Counted from the stretch's first letter, positions 1 through 8,539 are shown. The stretch: DNA of 32,000 bases from Patescibacteria group bacterium (GCA_041674405.1 JBAYVT010000003.1:30001-62000); one strand, 5' to 3'. Numbers and translations are program-made. The notes: generated from the sequence alone by a model not told the origin.

Positions 1-2219
1 TTATTATTGAACCCCTCGACCTTGCTCGAGGTAAAAAAGGTATTGACGAATCAAACCGGAAGCGCCTCTTTGATTCTATAGAAAAGGCTCTCGAAGTTTC
101 GGGTGGGAAACTTACCGTTTATAACTTTGAAACCGATAAATCAAAGTTTTATAGCGAGAATTTCGCTTGCGCTACTTGTGGCATTTCAATGCCAGAGTTA
201 GCGCCGCGATCATTTTCTTTTAATTCTCCTCATGGCGCTTGTTCTTATTGCCAAGGACTCGGCACTCGCCGGGAAATTGACCCGAAGTTAGTTTTGCCTA
301 ACCCAAAATTATCAATTCTGGAGGGAGCAATTCGCCCATGGATTCGTTCGACTTCGAATTCAACCTGGTATTTTAGAATTATGGAAGCTGCTGCCCGCGC
401 ACACAAGGTTGACCTTGGTAAACCTATTAAGAACCTGAGCAAAGATGATCTGAGGGTAATTTTATTTGGCACAGGTGAAGAAGAATTCAATGTCCGAGGA
501 TATATTACAAAGTATGAAGGTGTCATACCCAACTTAATGCGACGTTATAAAGAAACTGATTCCGATTATGTAAAACGAGAAATTGAAAAATACATGGTTG
601 TAAAAACTTGTCCATCATGCGGTGGAGCCAGATTGCGTCCGGAAGTATTGGGTGTAAAAATTAATGACAAAAATATTGTTGAAATTTCTCAAATGACGAT
701 TGAAAATTCGGCTGCTTTTTTTGATTCACTTGATAAAAAACTTACTGAGAGTGAAAAAAATATTGCCAAGCAAATTATTAAAGAAATTTCCCAGCGTCTG
801 AATTTCTTAATTAATGTTGGCTTACCATATTTGACCATCGATCGAAATGCTGCCACCCTAGCAGGTGGAGAAGCACAAAGAATTCGCCTGGCAACCCAAA
901 TTGGTTCTGGCCTCATGGGTGTTTTATACATATTGGACGAGCCTTCGATTGGCTTACATCAGCGCGATAACGGAAGGCTTTTGACAACACTTAAAAATCT
1001 AAGAGATCTCGGAAATACCGTTATTGTAGTCGAGCATGATGAGGAAACAATGGAAGAATCAGACTATCTCATTGATATTGGTCCTGGTGCCGGTGAGCAC
1101 GGCGGAAATGTTGTGTGCCAAGGCACACCAAGCGAGGTGAAAAAAATGAATGGATCTGTGACGGCTGATTATCTGTCTGGTAGAAAAAAAATTGACATAC
1201 CTAAAATCCGCAGAAGCGGTTCGGGAAATTTTCTGGAAATTATCGGAGCCGAGGAAAACAACCTTAAAAATATTGACGTGAAAATTCCATTAAACGCTTT
1301 TGTTTGTGTCACAGGGGTCTCGGGTTCAGGCAAATCAACATTGATCAATGATATCCTAGCCAAAGATCTTTCGCATAAATTTCATCGATCTCAAGAACTT
1401 CCTGGAAAACACAAGGAAATAGTTGGATATGAAAATTTGAACAAGATTATCGATATTGATCAGTCTCCAATTGGTAAATCTCCACGCTCCAACCCCGCAA
1501 CTTATACTGGGGCTTTTACCCCAATCAGGGAACTTTTTGCTAGCACCCAGGAAGCAAGAATGCGCGGTTACAGGCCTGGTAGATTCTCCTTTAATGTCAA
1601 AGGTGGACGCTGTGAAAAGTGCCGCGGTGATGGCGTTATTAAAATAGAAATGCACTTTTTGCCCGATGTATATATAACTTGCGAGGAATGTAAGGGCAAA
1701 AGATACAATAAAGAAGCTTTAGAAATTCATTATAAAGGTAAATCGATTGCCGATGTGCTAGATATGACAGTTGAGGCAGCAACAGAATTTTTCAAAAATA
1801 TTCCGAATATATACCAAAAATTTGTGGTCTTAAGTGAAGTTGGTTTGGGCTATGTTAAGCTCGGACAGCCAGCAACAACTCTTTCTGGCGGCGAAGCTCA
1901 GCGAATTAAGCTTGCTACCGAACTTGCTAGGCGCGGAACTGGAAAAACCCTCTACATTCTCGATGAGCCGACAACCGGCTTGCATTTTGATGATGTGGGG
2001 CGGCTTTTGAAAGTTTTGAATGCGCTTGCGGACAAAGGCAATACTGTGCTTGTGATCGAACACAATCTTGATGTAATTAAATCAGCTGACTATATCATAG
2101 ACATGGGCCCAGAAGGCGGGGACAAGGGTGGAAAAGTTATCGCCAAGGGCACTCCCGAAGAAATTGCCAAGTCAGAAATTTCTCATACCGGCACTTATCT
2201 TAAGAAAATATTGAAATAA
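1..2219 (+). CDS. uvrA: Excinuclease ABC subunit A (UvrA), 5'-truncated by window edge
   Basis: The frame is open from base 3 (…FSENFACATCGISMPELAPRSFSFNSPHGACSYCQGLG zinc-finger module). It has Walker A GVSGSGKST and two ABC signatures, LAGGEAQRIRLA and LSGGEAQRIKLA. The tail is a typical UvrA C-terminus. Confidence 0.95.
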   Translation, partial: IIEPLDLARGKKGIDESNRKRLFDSIEKALEVSGGKLTVYNFETDKSKFYSENFACATCGISMPELAPRSFSFNSPHGACSYCQGLGTRREIDPKLVLPNPKLSILEGAIRPWIRSTSNSTWYFRIMEAAARAHKVDLGKPIKNLSKDDLRVILFGTGEEEFNVRGYITKYEGVIPNLMRRYKETDSDYVKREIEKYMVVKTCPSCGGARLRPEVLGVKINDKNIVEISQMTIENSAAFFDSLDKKLTESEKNIAKQIIKEISQRLNFLINVGLPYLTIDRNAATLAGGEAQRIRLATQIGSGLMGVLYILDEPSIGLHQRDNGRLLTTLKNLRDLGNTVIVVEHDEETMEESDYLIDIGPGAGEHGGNVVCQGTPSEVKKMNGSVTADYLSGRKKIDIPKIRRSGSGNFLEIIGAEENNLKNIDVKIPLNAFVCVTGVSGSGKSTLINDILAKDLSHKFHRSQELPGKHKEIVGYENLNKIIDIDQSPIGKSPRSNPATYTGAFTPIRELFASTQEARMRGYRPGRFSFNVKGGRCEKCRGDGVIKIEMHFLPDVYITCEECKGKRYNKEALEIHYKGKSIADVLDMTVEAATEFFKNIPNIYQKFVVLSEVGLGYVKLGQPATTLSGGEAQRIKLATELARRGTGKTLYILDEPTTGLHFDDVGRLLKVLNALADKGNTVLVIEHNLDVIKSADYIIDMGPEGGDKGGKVIAKGTPEEIAKSEISHTGTYLKKILK

Positions 2220-2232
2220 TTTTTCTGAAATT

Positions 2233-2280
2233 AAAAATGTAGGAAAATCGCCACGATCGCGATAAAATTCCTACATTTTT
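2233..2280 (+). terminator. Hairpin terminator after uvrA (A-run/13-bp stem/T-run, inner CACGATCG-containing tip)
   Basis: aaaaatgtaggaa (2233-2245) pairs with ttcctacattttt (2268-2280). An inner 5-bp stem atcgc/gcgat surrounds ccacgatc. The hairpin starts 14 nt after the uvrA stop. Confidence 0.6.
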
Positions 2281-2376
2281 ATTTGAAATAGATATTGCCC
2301 ACATTTGCTAAATAAATTTTTATCTGTATAATTTATCGTATATTATCGTATAAGTTATACTTTTAGGATCAAAATA

Positions 2377-3453
2377 ATGGAAATCAAAAAACAAACTTAC
2401 ATTTTTTATGATGTGGACGGCACATTGGCACAGCCCTTTCAGTCACCTCCAGAGAAATTAAAAAAGGTGATAAAAGGTATAGACAAGGCGGGAATAAAAC
2501 AAATTCTTTGTTCCGGAAAGAACAAAGAATATTTGGCCGGAATGGCGCGCAGCCTCGGAATTGAAAGTACTTCGCATATAATTGCTGAAAATGGCGGCGT
2601 CATTTACGATTGGCGGAAGATGAAAATTCATTATAAAAATCCGGATGGAGAAAAAGTCAGAAAACATAAAGAGAAAATTTTGTCCGAAATCAAAGGCAAT
2701 AAATTTGCCGAGGAAGCAAAAGAAACTATTGTTACCATATTTATGGAAGATCTTGATAAAACTCCGGCGTTAGCAAAGAGGATTACTAAAGCGTTAAATG
2801 ATCCAGACTTAGCTATTAAACACTACAAAGACGGGGCGATTGACGTTTTCCATTCAAAGGTGAACAAGGGTAAGGCCCTGGAATATTATTTTAAAAATTT
2901 GACTGAGTCATCCGATGCACAAGTTTTCACATTTGGAGATGGTGTCAACGATCTTGAGATGCTCGAGTTTGGAACCCCTGTAACATTTGCTGATGCCCAC
3001 CCGGAAGTGATAAGGGCAGTAAAAAATCGAAATGGACTTGTCTCAGAAAAAGATGGCCCTGATGGCGCAGTCGAGGCTCTATCCAATTTATCTTCGGACG
3101 GGCTGCTCCCGGAGGCCTTCAACCACATCGGATTTGCTTATCGTCCCTGGGGCAGCTGGGAGGTTTTGTCAACCGGTGACGGATTCAAGGTAAAGAAAAT
3201 GGTTGTAAAACCTGGCCTTAAATTAAGTTTACAGAAACATAAACATCGATCTGAACACTGGTTTGTTTTTGAGGGCACTGCAACCGTTACACTAAATGGT
3301 TCTACCCTTAAAATTAACCACGGTAATGACATTTACATCCGAAAAGAAGCGATACATCGCGTTAGCAATAGGGGCAAATCTGATTTGGTAATCATAGAGG
3401 TCCAACGGGGTAAGTATTTAGGCGAAGATGACATTGTGAAAATTAAAGAATAA
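2377..3453 (+). CDS. Fusion protein: HAD-IIB (Cof-type) phosphatase N-domain plus type-II mannose-6-phosphate isomerase-like cupin C-domain
   Basis: HAD motifs are present: I (FYDVDGTL), II (LCSGKN) and III/IV (KGKA…FGDGVNDLEML). The C-terminal region RPWGSWEVL…LSLQKHKHRSEHWFVFEGTA…IHRVSN…IIEVQRGKYLGEDDIV matches the ManC/PMI type-II cupin signature. Confidence 0.75.
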   Translation: MEIKKQTYIFYDVDGTLAQPFQSPPEKLKKVIKGIDKAGIKQILCSGKNKEYLAGMARSLGIESTSHIIAENGGVIYDWRKMKIHYKNPDGEKVRKHKEKILSEIKGNKFAEEAKETIVTIFMEDLDKTPALAKRITKALNDPDLAIKHYKDGAIDVFHSKVNKGKALEYYFKNLTESSDAQVFTFGDGVNDLEMLEFGTPVTFADAHPEVIRAVKNRNGLVSEKDGPDGAVEALSNLSSDGLLPEAFNHIGFAYRPWGSWEVLSTGDGFKVKKMVVKPGLKLSLQKHKHRSEHWFVFEGTATVTLNGSTLKINHGNDIYIRKEAIHRVSNRGKSDLVIIEVQRGKYLGEDDIVKIKE

Positions 3454-3473
3454 ATGTACTAGATTTATCCACA

Positions 3474-3502
3474 TTGCATGTTCGGTATTTGTTCGGTATA
3501 GT
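3474..3502 (+). promoter_or_regulatory. Candidate promoter of dinB (TTGCAT-N17-TATAGT) overlapped by GTTC direct repeats
   Basis: TTGCAT lies at 3474-3479 and TATAGT at 3497-3502, with a 17-nt spacer. The ATG at 3509 is only 6 nt after the -10 box. GTTC occurs at 3480, 3491 and 3501. Confidence 0.45.
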
Positions 3503-3508
3503 TCTAGC

Positions 3509-4738
3509 ATGGACCTAAAGAAAAAACCCAAAGATTTTTCAACTCTTTTTCTCGATATGAACGCTTATTTTGCCTCTATTGAGCAGCAGGTCAACCCACC
3601 TCTTCGCGGCCAACCTGTCGGTATCACGCCCTATACCGGCCCAACCGGCTGCGTAATTGCGCGTTCATACGAGGCCAAGGATTGGGGAGTGGGGACGGGG
3701 GACCTGGTCCGCGATGCTAGAAAAAAATGCCCCAAAATCCAAATTATCGAGGCACGACCAGCGCTTTATCAGCTCTATCACCGGGAAATTTTGAAAGTTT
3801 TGAAGGCTCACTCTCCGTATGTCACTCCCCTTTCGATTGACGAATTCTTAATTCATCTTACGGGCAGTGATTGTTCAGAAGTAAATTCGCTCAAGATGGC
3901 GGAAAGTCTGAAGAACGGAATCACAAAAAGTGGCGACTACCTAAAGTGTTCAATCGGTATCGGTCCAAATTATTTTCTTTCAAAGGTAGCCGGAGAGTCA
4001 AAAAAACCAGACGGCCTTACTGTTATAAAGTTAAATAAACTAGATGAATTTTACAAACATTTAAGATTGCGTGATTTACCAGGAATTAATCACAGAATGG
4101 AAGCCCAGCTAGCGCATCGTGGTATATACTCATCTTCTGATTTTTTTCAAGCAAATTTAGTTTCCATGTCGCGAATGTTCGGCCACATTGGCAAAACCTG
4201 GTATTACCGATTGCGTGGATATAATATTGATGAATTTGAAGTCAAGACTAAAACCATCGGGCACTCGCATGTTTTACCACCGGATTTCAGGACTCGTAAT
4301 CAAGCAGTGGCAGTGATCGAAAAATTAGTAGCAAAATCCGGCTATCGGCTTCGCAATCAGGGCTACTTTGCTGCCGGGGTTGCTATTTCTGTTGGTTTTA
4401 TGGAAGGCGGAGGGTTTCACAAGACCAAAAAGTGCACCGCTTTTTCTGATAATCGGACATTTCTCCTGGAAGTAAAAAGTCTACTTAAAAATTGCCAAAT
4501 TTGGCGCACACCGCTTTATGTTGCCGTCTCTGCCTTCAATTTATCTCGGCAGACGGGGCGGCAAATCTCGATCTTTTCAGAAATAGAGCGTTCACGACGG
4601 ATTTCCGAAGCGATGGATGAGGTGAATGATGAGTTTGGTGCAAGCACGCTGTTTACCGGCTCGCTTTTCCCCGCAAAAGACACAGCGCCTGATCGCATTC
4701 CATTTGGGAGAGTAAGATATGAAATACTCAATTTTTGA
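3509..4738 (+). CDS. dinB: Y-family DNA polymerase IV
   Basis: The N-terminal FLDMNAYFASIEQQ…LRGQPVGI and the LSIDEFLI motif are characteristic of the DinB/ImpB family. The 409 aa length also fits. Confidence 0.85.
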   Translation: MDLKKKPKDFSTLFLDMNAYFASIEQQVNPPLRGQPVGITPYTGPTGCVIARSYEAKDWGVGTGDLVRDARKKCPKIQIIEARPALYQLYHREILKVLKAHSPYVTPLSIDEFLIHLTGSDCSEVNSLKMAESLKNGITKSGDYLKCSIGIGPNYFLSKVAGESKKPDGLTVIKLNKLDEFYKHLRLRDLPGINHRMEAQLAHRGIYSSSDFFQANLVSMSRMFGHIGKTWYYRLRGYNIDEFEVKTKTIGHSHVLPPDFRTRNQAVAVIEKLVAKSGYRLRNQGYFAAGVAISVGFMEGGGFHKTKKCTAFSDNRTFLLEVKSLLKNCQIWRTPLYVAVSAFNLSRQTGRQISIFSEIERSRRISEAMDEVNDEFGASTLFTGSLFPAKDTAPDRIPFGRVRYEILNF

Positions 4739-4786
4739 GTATTTCATAAAATTTAAATCCCAAACTAGGATTTAGGGGTTAGAATT

Positions 4787-4815
4787 TTGCTTTTTGTTAT
4801 TTTATGAACTAGAAT
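4787..4815 (+). promoter_or_regulatory. Candidate sigma70-type promoter TTGCTT-N17-TAGAAT
   Basis: Hexamers lie at 4787-4792 and 4810-4815. The downstream gene has the SD GGAGGT before its ATG at 4851. Confidence 0.4.
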
Positions 4816-4850
4816 ATGGTTGAAATATTAAATCTAAACGCGGAGGTAAC

Positions 4851-5186
4851 ATGGGGAATGTTCATTTTGGCAGGTGGGCGTTTGTCGCTGGAATGGTATT
4901 GGCAGTAGCAGCAGGATTTTTCACAATTCCGTATGTTCTTACAATTTTGGCAATCTTGGGTTTGGTTGTAGGATTTATGAATATACGCGCCAGAGAATCC
5001 GAAAGATATTTAATTGCCGTAATTGCTCTCCTTATTATGGGTACTGGAATTTTAGAAGCGCTGTCTGCACTGGGTTCGCTTTATGGCCTTGGCGAATCAA
5101 TCCTAACTAATCTGATTTCATTTATAGGCGCCTCCGGTTTGGTGGTTGCAGTAAAACAAGTTGTCACAATGGGACAAGGCGAGTAA
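4851..5186 (+). CDS. Small integral membrane protein (3-4 TM), unknown function
   Basis: SD cggaggtaac precedes the ATG. The sequence is hydrophobic throughout. A strong terminator follows. Confidence 0.6.
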   Translation: MGNVHFGRWAFVAGMVLAVAAGFFTIPYVLTILAILGLVVGFMNIRARESERYLIAVIALLIMGTGILEALSALGSLYGLGESILTNLISFIGASGLVVAVKQVVTMGQGE

Positions 5187-5200
5187 AATCACGTCAATTT

Positions 5201-5230
5201 AGAAAAAAGGATCAGCTGATCCTTTTTTCT
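5201..5230 (+). terminator. Perfect 30-nt palindromic terminator hairpin
   Basis: agaaaaaaggatcag/ctgatccttttttct forms an A-run, a GC-containing stem and a T-run. It could act in both directions. Confidence 0.7.
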
Positions 5231-5259
5231 TTTTCACAAGATCGATATAATATTTGCAC

Positions 5260-5745
5260 ATGACTATCACAATATTTATTCTACTTTTGTTGTTTCTTCT
5301 TGCCGGAATCGCCGGCACGTTTTTGGTGGTTTTACCGGGAATTCCTTTTATGTTCATTACAGTCCTTGCCTATGCAATTTTTGACCGCTTCCATCGAATA
5401 ACCGGGTGGAACATACTTTTTTTTGCCGCTTTGACCTTAGCCTCATTATTCATTGATTATCTTTCGGGGATTATGGGTGCAAAACTTTTTGGTGCTTCAA
5501 AATACGGCACGATTGGAGGAATTATCGGCGGATTAATTGGTCTTTTTGTCTTTCCACCATTTGGAATTTTCATTGGAATGTTTCTGGGAGTGATAATTTT
5601 CGAGGTAATGCTTTCAAAAAAATCAGTCACGAAATCAGTAAAATCCGGCACCGGATCGATATTGGGCTCCATCGCCGGCATTGTCATCAACCTGATAATT
5701 GCCCTGGCATTCCTCGTCAGTTTTATAGTTCTATATTGGAAATAA
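5260..5745 (+). CDS. DUF456-like membrane protein
   Basis: Four predicted TM segments with glycine-rich helices (GGIIGGLIGLFVFPPFGIFIGMFLG). I use the ATG at 5260; the ORF track starts at TTG 5254. TATAAT at 5246-5251 lies 8 nt upstream of the ATG. Confidence 0.55.
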   Translation: MTITIFILLLLFLLAGIAGTFLVVLPGIPFMFITVLAYAIFDRFHRITGWNILFFAALTLASLFIDYLSGIMGAKLFGASKYGTIGGIIGGLIGLFVFPPFGIFIGMFLGVIIFEVMLSKKSVTKSVKSGTGSILGSIAGIVINLIIALAFLVSFIVLYWK

Positions 5746-6383
5746 TGTCGAAAGATTATTTACAACTTAATAAAGAAACCTACGATCGCCTTGCAAAAGA
5801 ATTCCAGGATAAGATTGGAAGCCGTCTGTCCTCCGACAAAAGAGTCGTTGAGAGGTTTGTTTCATTTTTACCGACACCGAGCAGTAACATCAATATCTTG
5901 GATATTGGACCAGGCAATGGAAATATGAGCATGCTGCTATCTGAGCTGGGTTATAATGTAACGGCTATTGAAATTTCGCCAGAGATGACCCGAGTTGCTT
6001 CAAACAACGCACCCAAGGCAAAAATAATTACAGATGATTTCTTGAGCCACCAATTTGATAAAAGTTTTACGGGAATATTGGCAATTGCCTTTATCCATCT
6101 TTTTCCGAAACAAGACTTATTTAGGGTATTAAATAAAATAAAAGATTTACTAGAAAATGATGGAAAGGTTTATTTTTCTACAACTAAGCATCGGAATTCC
6201 GAGGAAGGGATGTTTTCAAAAAATAATTTCAAGGATAAATCAAAACGGTTTAGGCATAAATTTACAAAAGAAGAGCTCTGGGAGCAGTTAGAAAAAATAG
6301 GATTTAGAATAATTGATTATTCTGAAGATATAGGTTGTGAAGAAGAAAATAAAATTTGGATGAATTTCATCGTTTCAAAATAG
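5745..6383 (+). CDS. Class I SAM-dependent methyltransferase
   Basis: Motif I ILDIGPGNGNMS is present with a Rossmann-type layout. The ATG at 5745 overlaps the upstream stop by 1 nt (TAATG); the ORF track starts at TTG 5736. Confidence 0.75.
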   Translation: MSKDYLQLNKETYDRLAKEFQDKIGSRLSSDKRVVERFVSFLPTPSSNINILDIGPGNGNMSMLLSELGYNVTAIEISPEMTRVASNNAPKAKIITDDFLSHQFDKSFTGILAIAFIHLFPKQDLFRVLNKIKDLLENDGKVYFSTTKHRNSEEGMFSKNNFKDKSKRFRHKFTKEELWEQLEKIGFRIIDYSEDIGCEEENKIWMNFIVSK

Positions 6384-6385
6384 AT

Positions 6386-7138
6386 TTATCTTAGTGTCCA
6401 GCCACCGTCTACAATAATGGTTTGGCCAGTGATGTAGTCAGCTTTGCCTGAAGAAAGAAAAACAGCCAAATTTGCAATATCTTCCGGCTGGCCCATGCGT
6501 GCCAACGGAATGGCCGAGATAGTTTGTTGTTTTGTTGTATCGTCTGATTTTGCACCTGGGGTTTCAATCGCACCCGGAGCTACTGCATTCACATTTATCT
6601 TTTTTGGCGCAAGCTCGACCGCAATAGCGCGGATAGAGGCATTGATACCCCCTTTTGTTGCGCAATAGTGAGCAAGTCCGGAAAATCCAACGAAGCCAGC
6701 AATTGAAGAGATGTCAACAATTTTACCTCCGTTCACCATTTTCTCTGCTGCTGCCTGAGTACAAAGGAATGTTCCCTTCAGATTTACCGCCATTACCTTA
6801 TCCCAATCCTCCTCTGTAAGCTCGAAAAATGGCTTCATGGGGTATATGCCGGCATTATTAACTAAAATATCAAGCTTACCAAATTCAGAGATGGCTGCTT
6901 CAATCATTTTGTCTACGTCAGCCTTGCTCGAGACATCGGTTTTTATTGATTTTGTTACATATCCTTGCGAATTTAACTTTTGTGCGCTCTCGGCAGCGGC
7001 CTCTTCGTTCATGTCAGCAATTAAAACTTTAGCGCCAGATCTTGCTAATCGTTCAGTAATGCCCAGACCAATCCCCATTGCCCCGCCTGTTACGATGGCA
7101 ACCTTATCTGTTAGGTCGATGAATTTATCCACTTCCAT
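6386..7138 (-). CDS. Short-chain dehydrogenase/reductase (FabG-like)
   Basis: It carries TGGAMGIGLG (cofactor binding), NNAG and the catalytic YCATKGG (YxxxK). SD GGAGGA lies upstream. Confidence 0.85.
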   Translation of the reverse strand: MEVDKFIDLTDKVAIVTGGAMGIGLGITERLARSGAKVLIADMNEEAAAESAQKLNSQGYVTKSIKTDVSSKADVDKMIEAAISEFGKLDILVNNAGIYPMKPFFELTEEDWDKVMAVNLKGTFLCTQAAAEKMVNGGKIVDISSIAGFVGFSGLAHYCATKGGINASIRAIAVELAPKKINVNAVAPGAIETPGAKSDDTTKQQTISAIPLARMGQPEDIANLAVFLSSGKADYITGQTIIVDGGWTLR

Positions 7139-7255
7139 ATATCCTCCGTGTTAATATTCCAGATCATTATATATCCAAAATATATTTTTCGCCATGTACA
7201 TTCTCGGGTTTGTCGTTCAAAAACAAAGCACATAAGTTAATATTGATAGCAAAAA

Positions 7256-7297
7256 AACGTAACAATTCTTCCGCGACCGCGTAAAAAGTGTTACGTT
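7256..7297. repeat. 42-nt palindromic element, copy 1 (imperfect); probable terminator of the PaaX-like gene
   Basis: Sequence AACGTAACAATTCTTCCGCGACCGCGTAAAAAGTGTTACGTT. It starts directly after the stop codon at 7298-7300. On the minus strand it is followed by TTTTTTT. Confidence 0.7.
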
Positions 7298-7894
7298 TTA
7301 TTCTGAGATCAAATCTTCCTTAAACAAAATTCCACGATCAATGAATTCTTCAATAATATTTTGTTCTCCCTGAAAAATTTCCGAGATCATAATTACGACA
7401 TTTTCAGAAACTCCAAGCCTTTCAGATAATTCCGATATCTCCCGCGTGCATTCAAACGGATAAACATGCACGCTTTTTTGAATCTGAATAAAGCCAGCGT
7501 TTTTAATTGCTTTACGAAAAATATCTCTCTCATCCCGCATCTTCTCGGGAATATCAAATATTACAACTCTCCATTTTCGATCCCAAATCTCCGATCGTTT
7601 CACCCGAATATCAAAAGTCATTATTTTTTTGATATGGTTAATTCCCCTGGGTGTAATTTCAAGATATTTTTCTTTATCCCGGGTAAATGATTCAATATAT
7701 CCGTGCTTTTTGAGATAATAGATCTTTTGGCGTAGATTGATTTTAGAATTTTCGATTTCATCTTTTGCTGCCATAGCTGATTTTCTATAAACGGGGCTTG
7801 CTTCAAAAAAAGGCATAACCGTGGCATCGAATAATGCTAAAAGAATCTCTTTCGCGCTCAATTTTGCAATTTCTAAACTTTCTCTTTTTAACAT
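7298..7894 (-). CDS. PaaX-like transcriptional regulator (winged helix plus Cas2-fold C-domain)
   Basis: WDRKWRVVIFDIPEKMRDERDIFRKAIKNAGFIQIQKSVHVYP matches the PaaX C-domain pattern (W-x-W-x-V-x-FDIPE…R…GF…Q-SVW-x-P). I prefer the ATG at 7894 (MLKRESLE…); the ORF track extends to TTG 7972. Confidence 0.65.
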   Translation of the reverse strand: MLKRESLEIAKLSAKEILLALFDATVMPFFEASPVYRKSAMAAKDEIENSKINLRQKIYYLKKHGYIESFTRDKEKYLEITPRGINHIKKIMTFDIRVKRSEIWDRKWRVVIFDIPEKMRDERDIFRKAIKNAGFIQIQKSVHVYPFECTREISELSERLGVSENVVIMISEIFQGEQNIIEEFIDRGILFKEDLISE

Positions 7895-7895
7895 T

Positions 7896-7933
7896 TGTAA
7901 CAATTTTATCACGATCGTGATAAAATTGTTACA
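7896..7933. promoter_or_regulatory. Perfect 38-bp palindrome (42-nt element, copy 2) abutting the PaaX-like start codon; candidate operator
   Basis: TGTAACAATTTTATCACGATCGTGATAAAATTGTTACA equals its own reverse complement. It lies in the divergent region between the 7894(-) and 8031(+) genes, where no terminator is expected. Confidence 0.6.
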
Positions 7934-7963
7934 TTTTTGTTTTAGATCATTTGGATTATTATG

Positions 7964-7992
7964 TTGACACAAAAATAGCTTTGAACGATAAT
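7964..7992 (+). promoter_or_regulatory. Candidate promoter TTGACA-N17-GATAAT for the 8031 operon
   Basis: Hexamers lie at 7964-7969 and 7987-7992. SD AGGAGGG precedes the ATG at 8031. Confidence 0.5.
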
Positions 7993-8030
7993 GGTATTAG
8001 CGAATTATTCTTGATTAGGAGGGAATTTTC

Positions 8031-8531
8031 ATGCCACTCCCCACATGGGATGTTTTTATTGGGTTGGCATTTGTTATCGGCATTGCTTACGGCTTTATTT
8101 TGCGTCGTGAGAAAACGATTACCTTTTTGTGCTCAACATATATAGGCTTGGTTATTGCGTCCTCTTTTTCGCAATACGTTTTTGACCTCTTTAACGGCAA
8201 CAAAGTAGTAGCAAATCAGGTTTGGATTCATTCAAATGCCTCAACCTCGACCATTTCTATCGTTCTTCTGCTTCTCTCGTCATTTTTCATATCAGGAGCA
8301 ATAAATTCTACCGCCAAATCTGGTGGTGATTTATCACCCCTAGAAATTATTATTTACAGCGCACTAAACATGGCACTAATTGTCTCGTCAATCATTGGAT
8401 TTCTGGCCCCAGACAAAAGAGATGCAATATTGGCAGCTTCAAAGATAGGATCTTTTCTATATGGCACGAGAGGACTCTGGGTAATTATCCCTCCGATTGC
8501 CCTTGTCATCCTTAATTTTAAAAAGAAATAG
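8031..8531 (+). CDS. Integral membrane protein, unknown function
   Basis: Strong SD (taggagggaattttcATG). There are 4-5 hydrophobic segments. Confidence 0.6.
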   Translation: MPLPTWDVFIGLAFVIGIAYGFILRREKTITFLCSTYIGLVIASSFSQYVFDLFNGNKVVANQVWIHSNASTSTISIVLLLLSSFFISGAINSTAKSGGDLSPLEIIIYSALNMALIVSSIIGFLAPDKRDAILAASKIGSFLYGTRGLWVIIPPIALVILNFKKK

Positions 8532-8539
8532 GAGTGAGG

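Noticed and set aside
4874-5110. 78-aa ORF in an alternative frame of the 4851 membrane protein gene
   Set aside because: It has no SD and its product is Cys/Arg/Asn-rich. The 4851 frame gives coherent TM helices and has the SD.
7895-7972. N-terminal extensions from non-ATG starts (7972 TTG here; likewise 22299, 24793 GTG and 28894 TTG)
   Set aside because: Downstream ATGs have proper SDs (22263, 24745) or sit directly behind -10 boxes (7894, 28867). The extensions run through promoter or palindrome sequence and encode implausible peptides.
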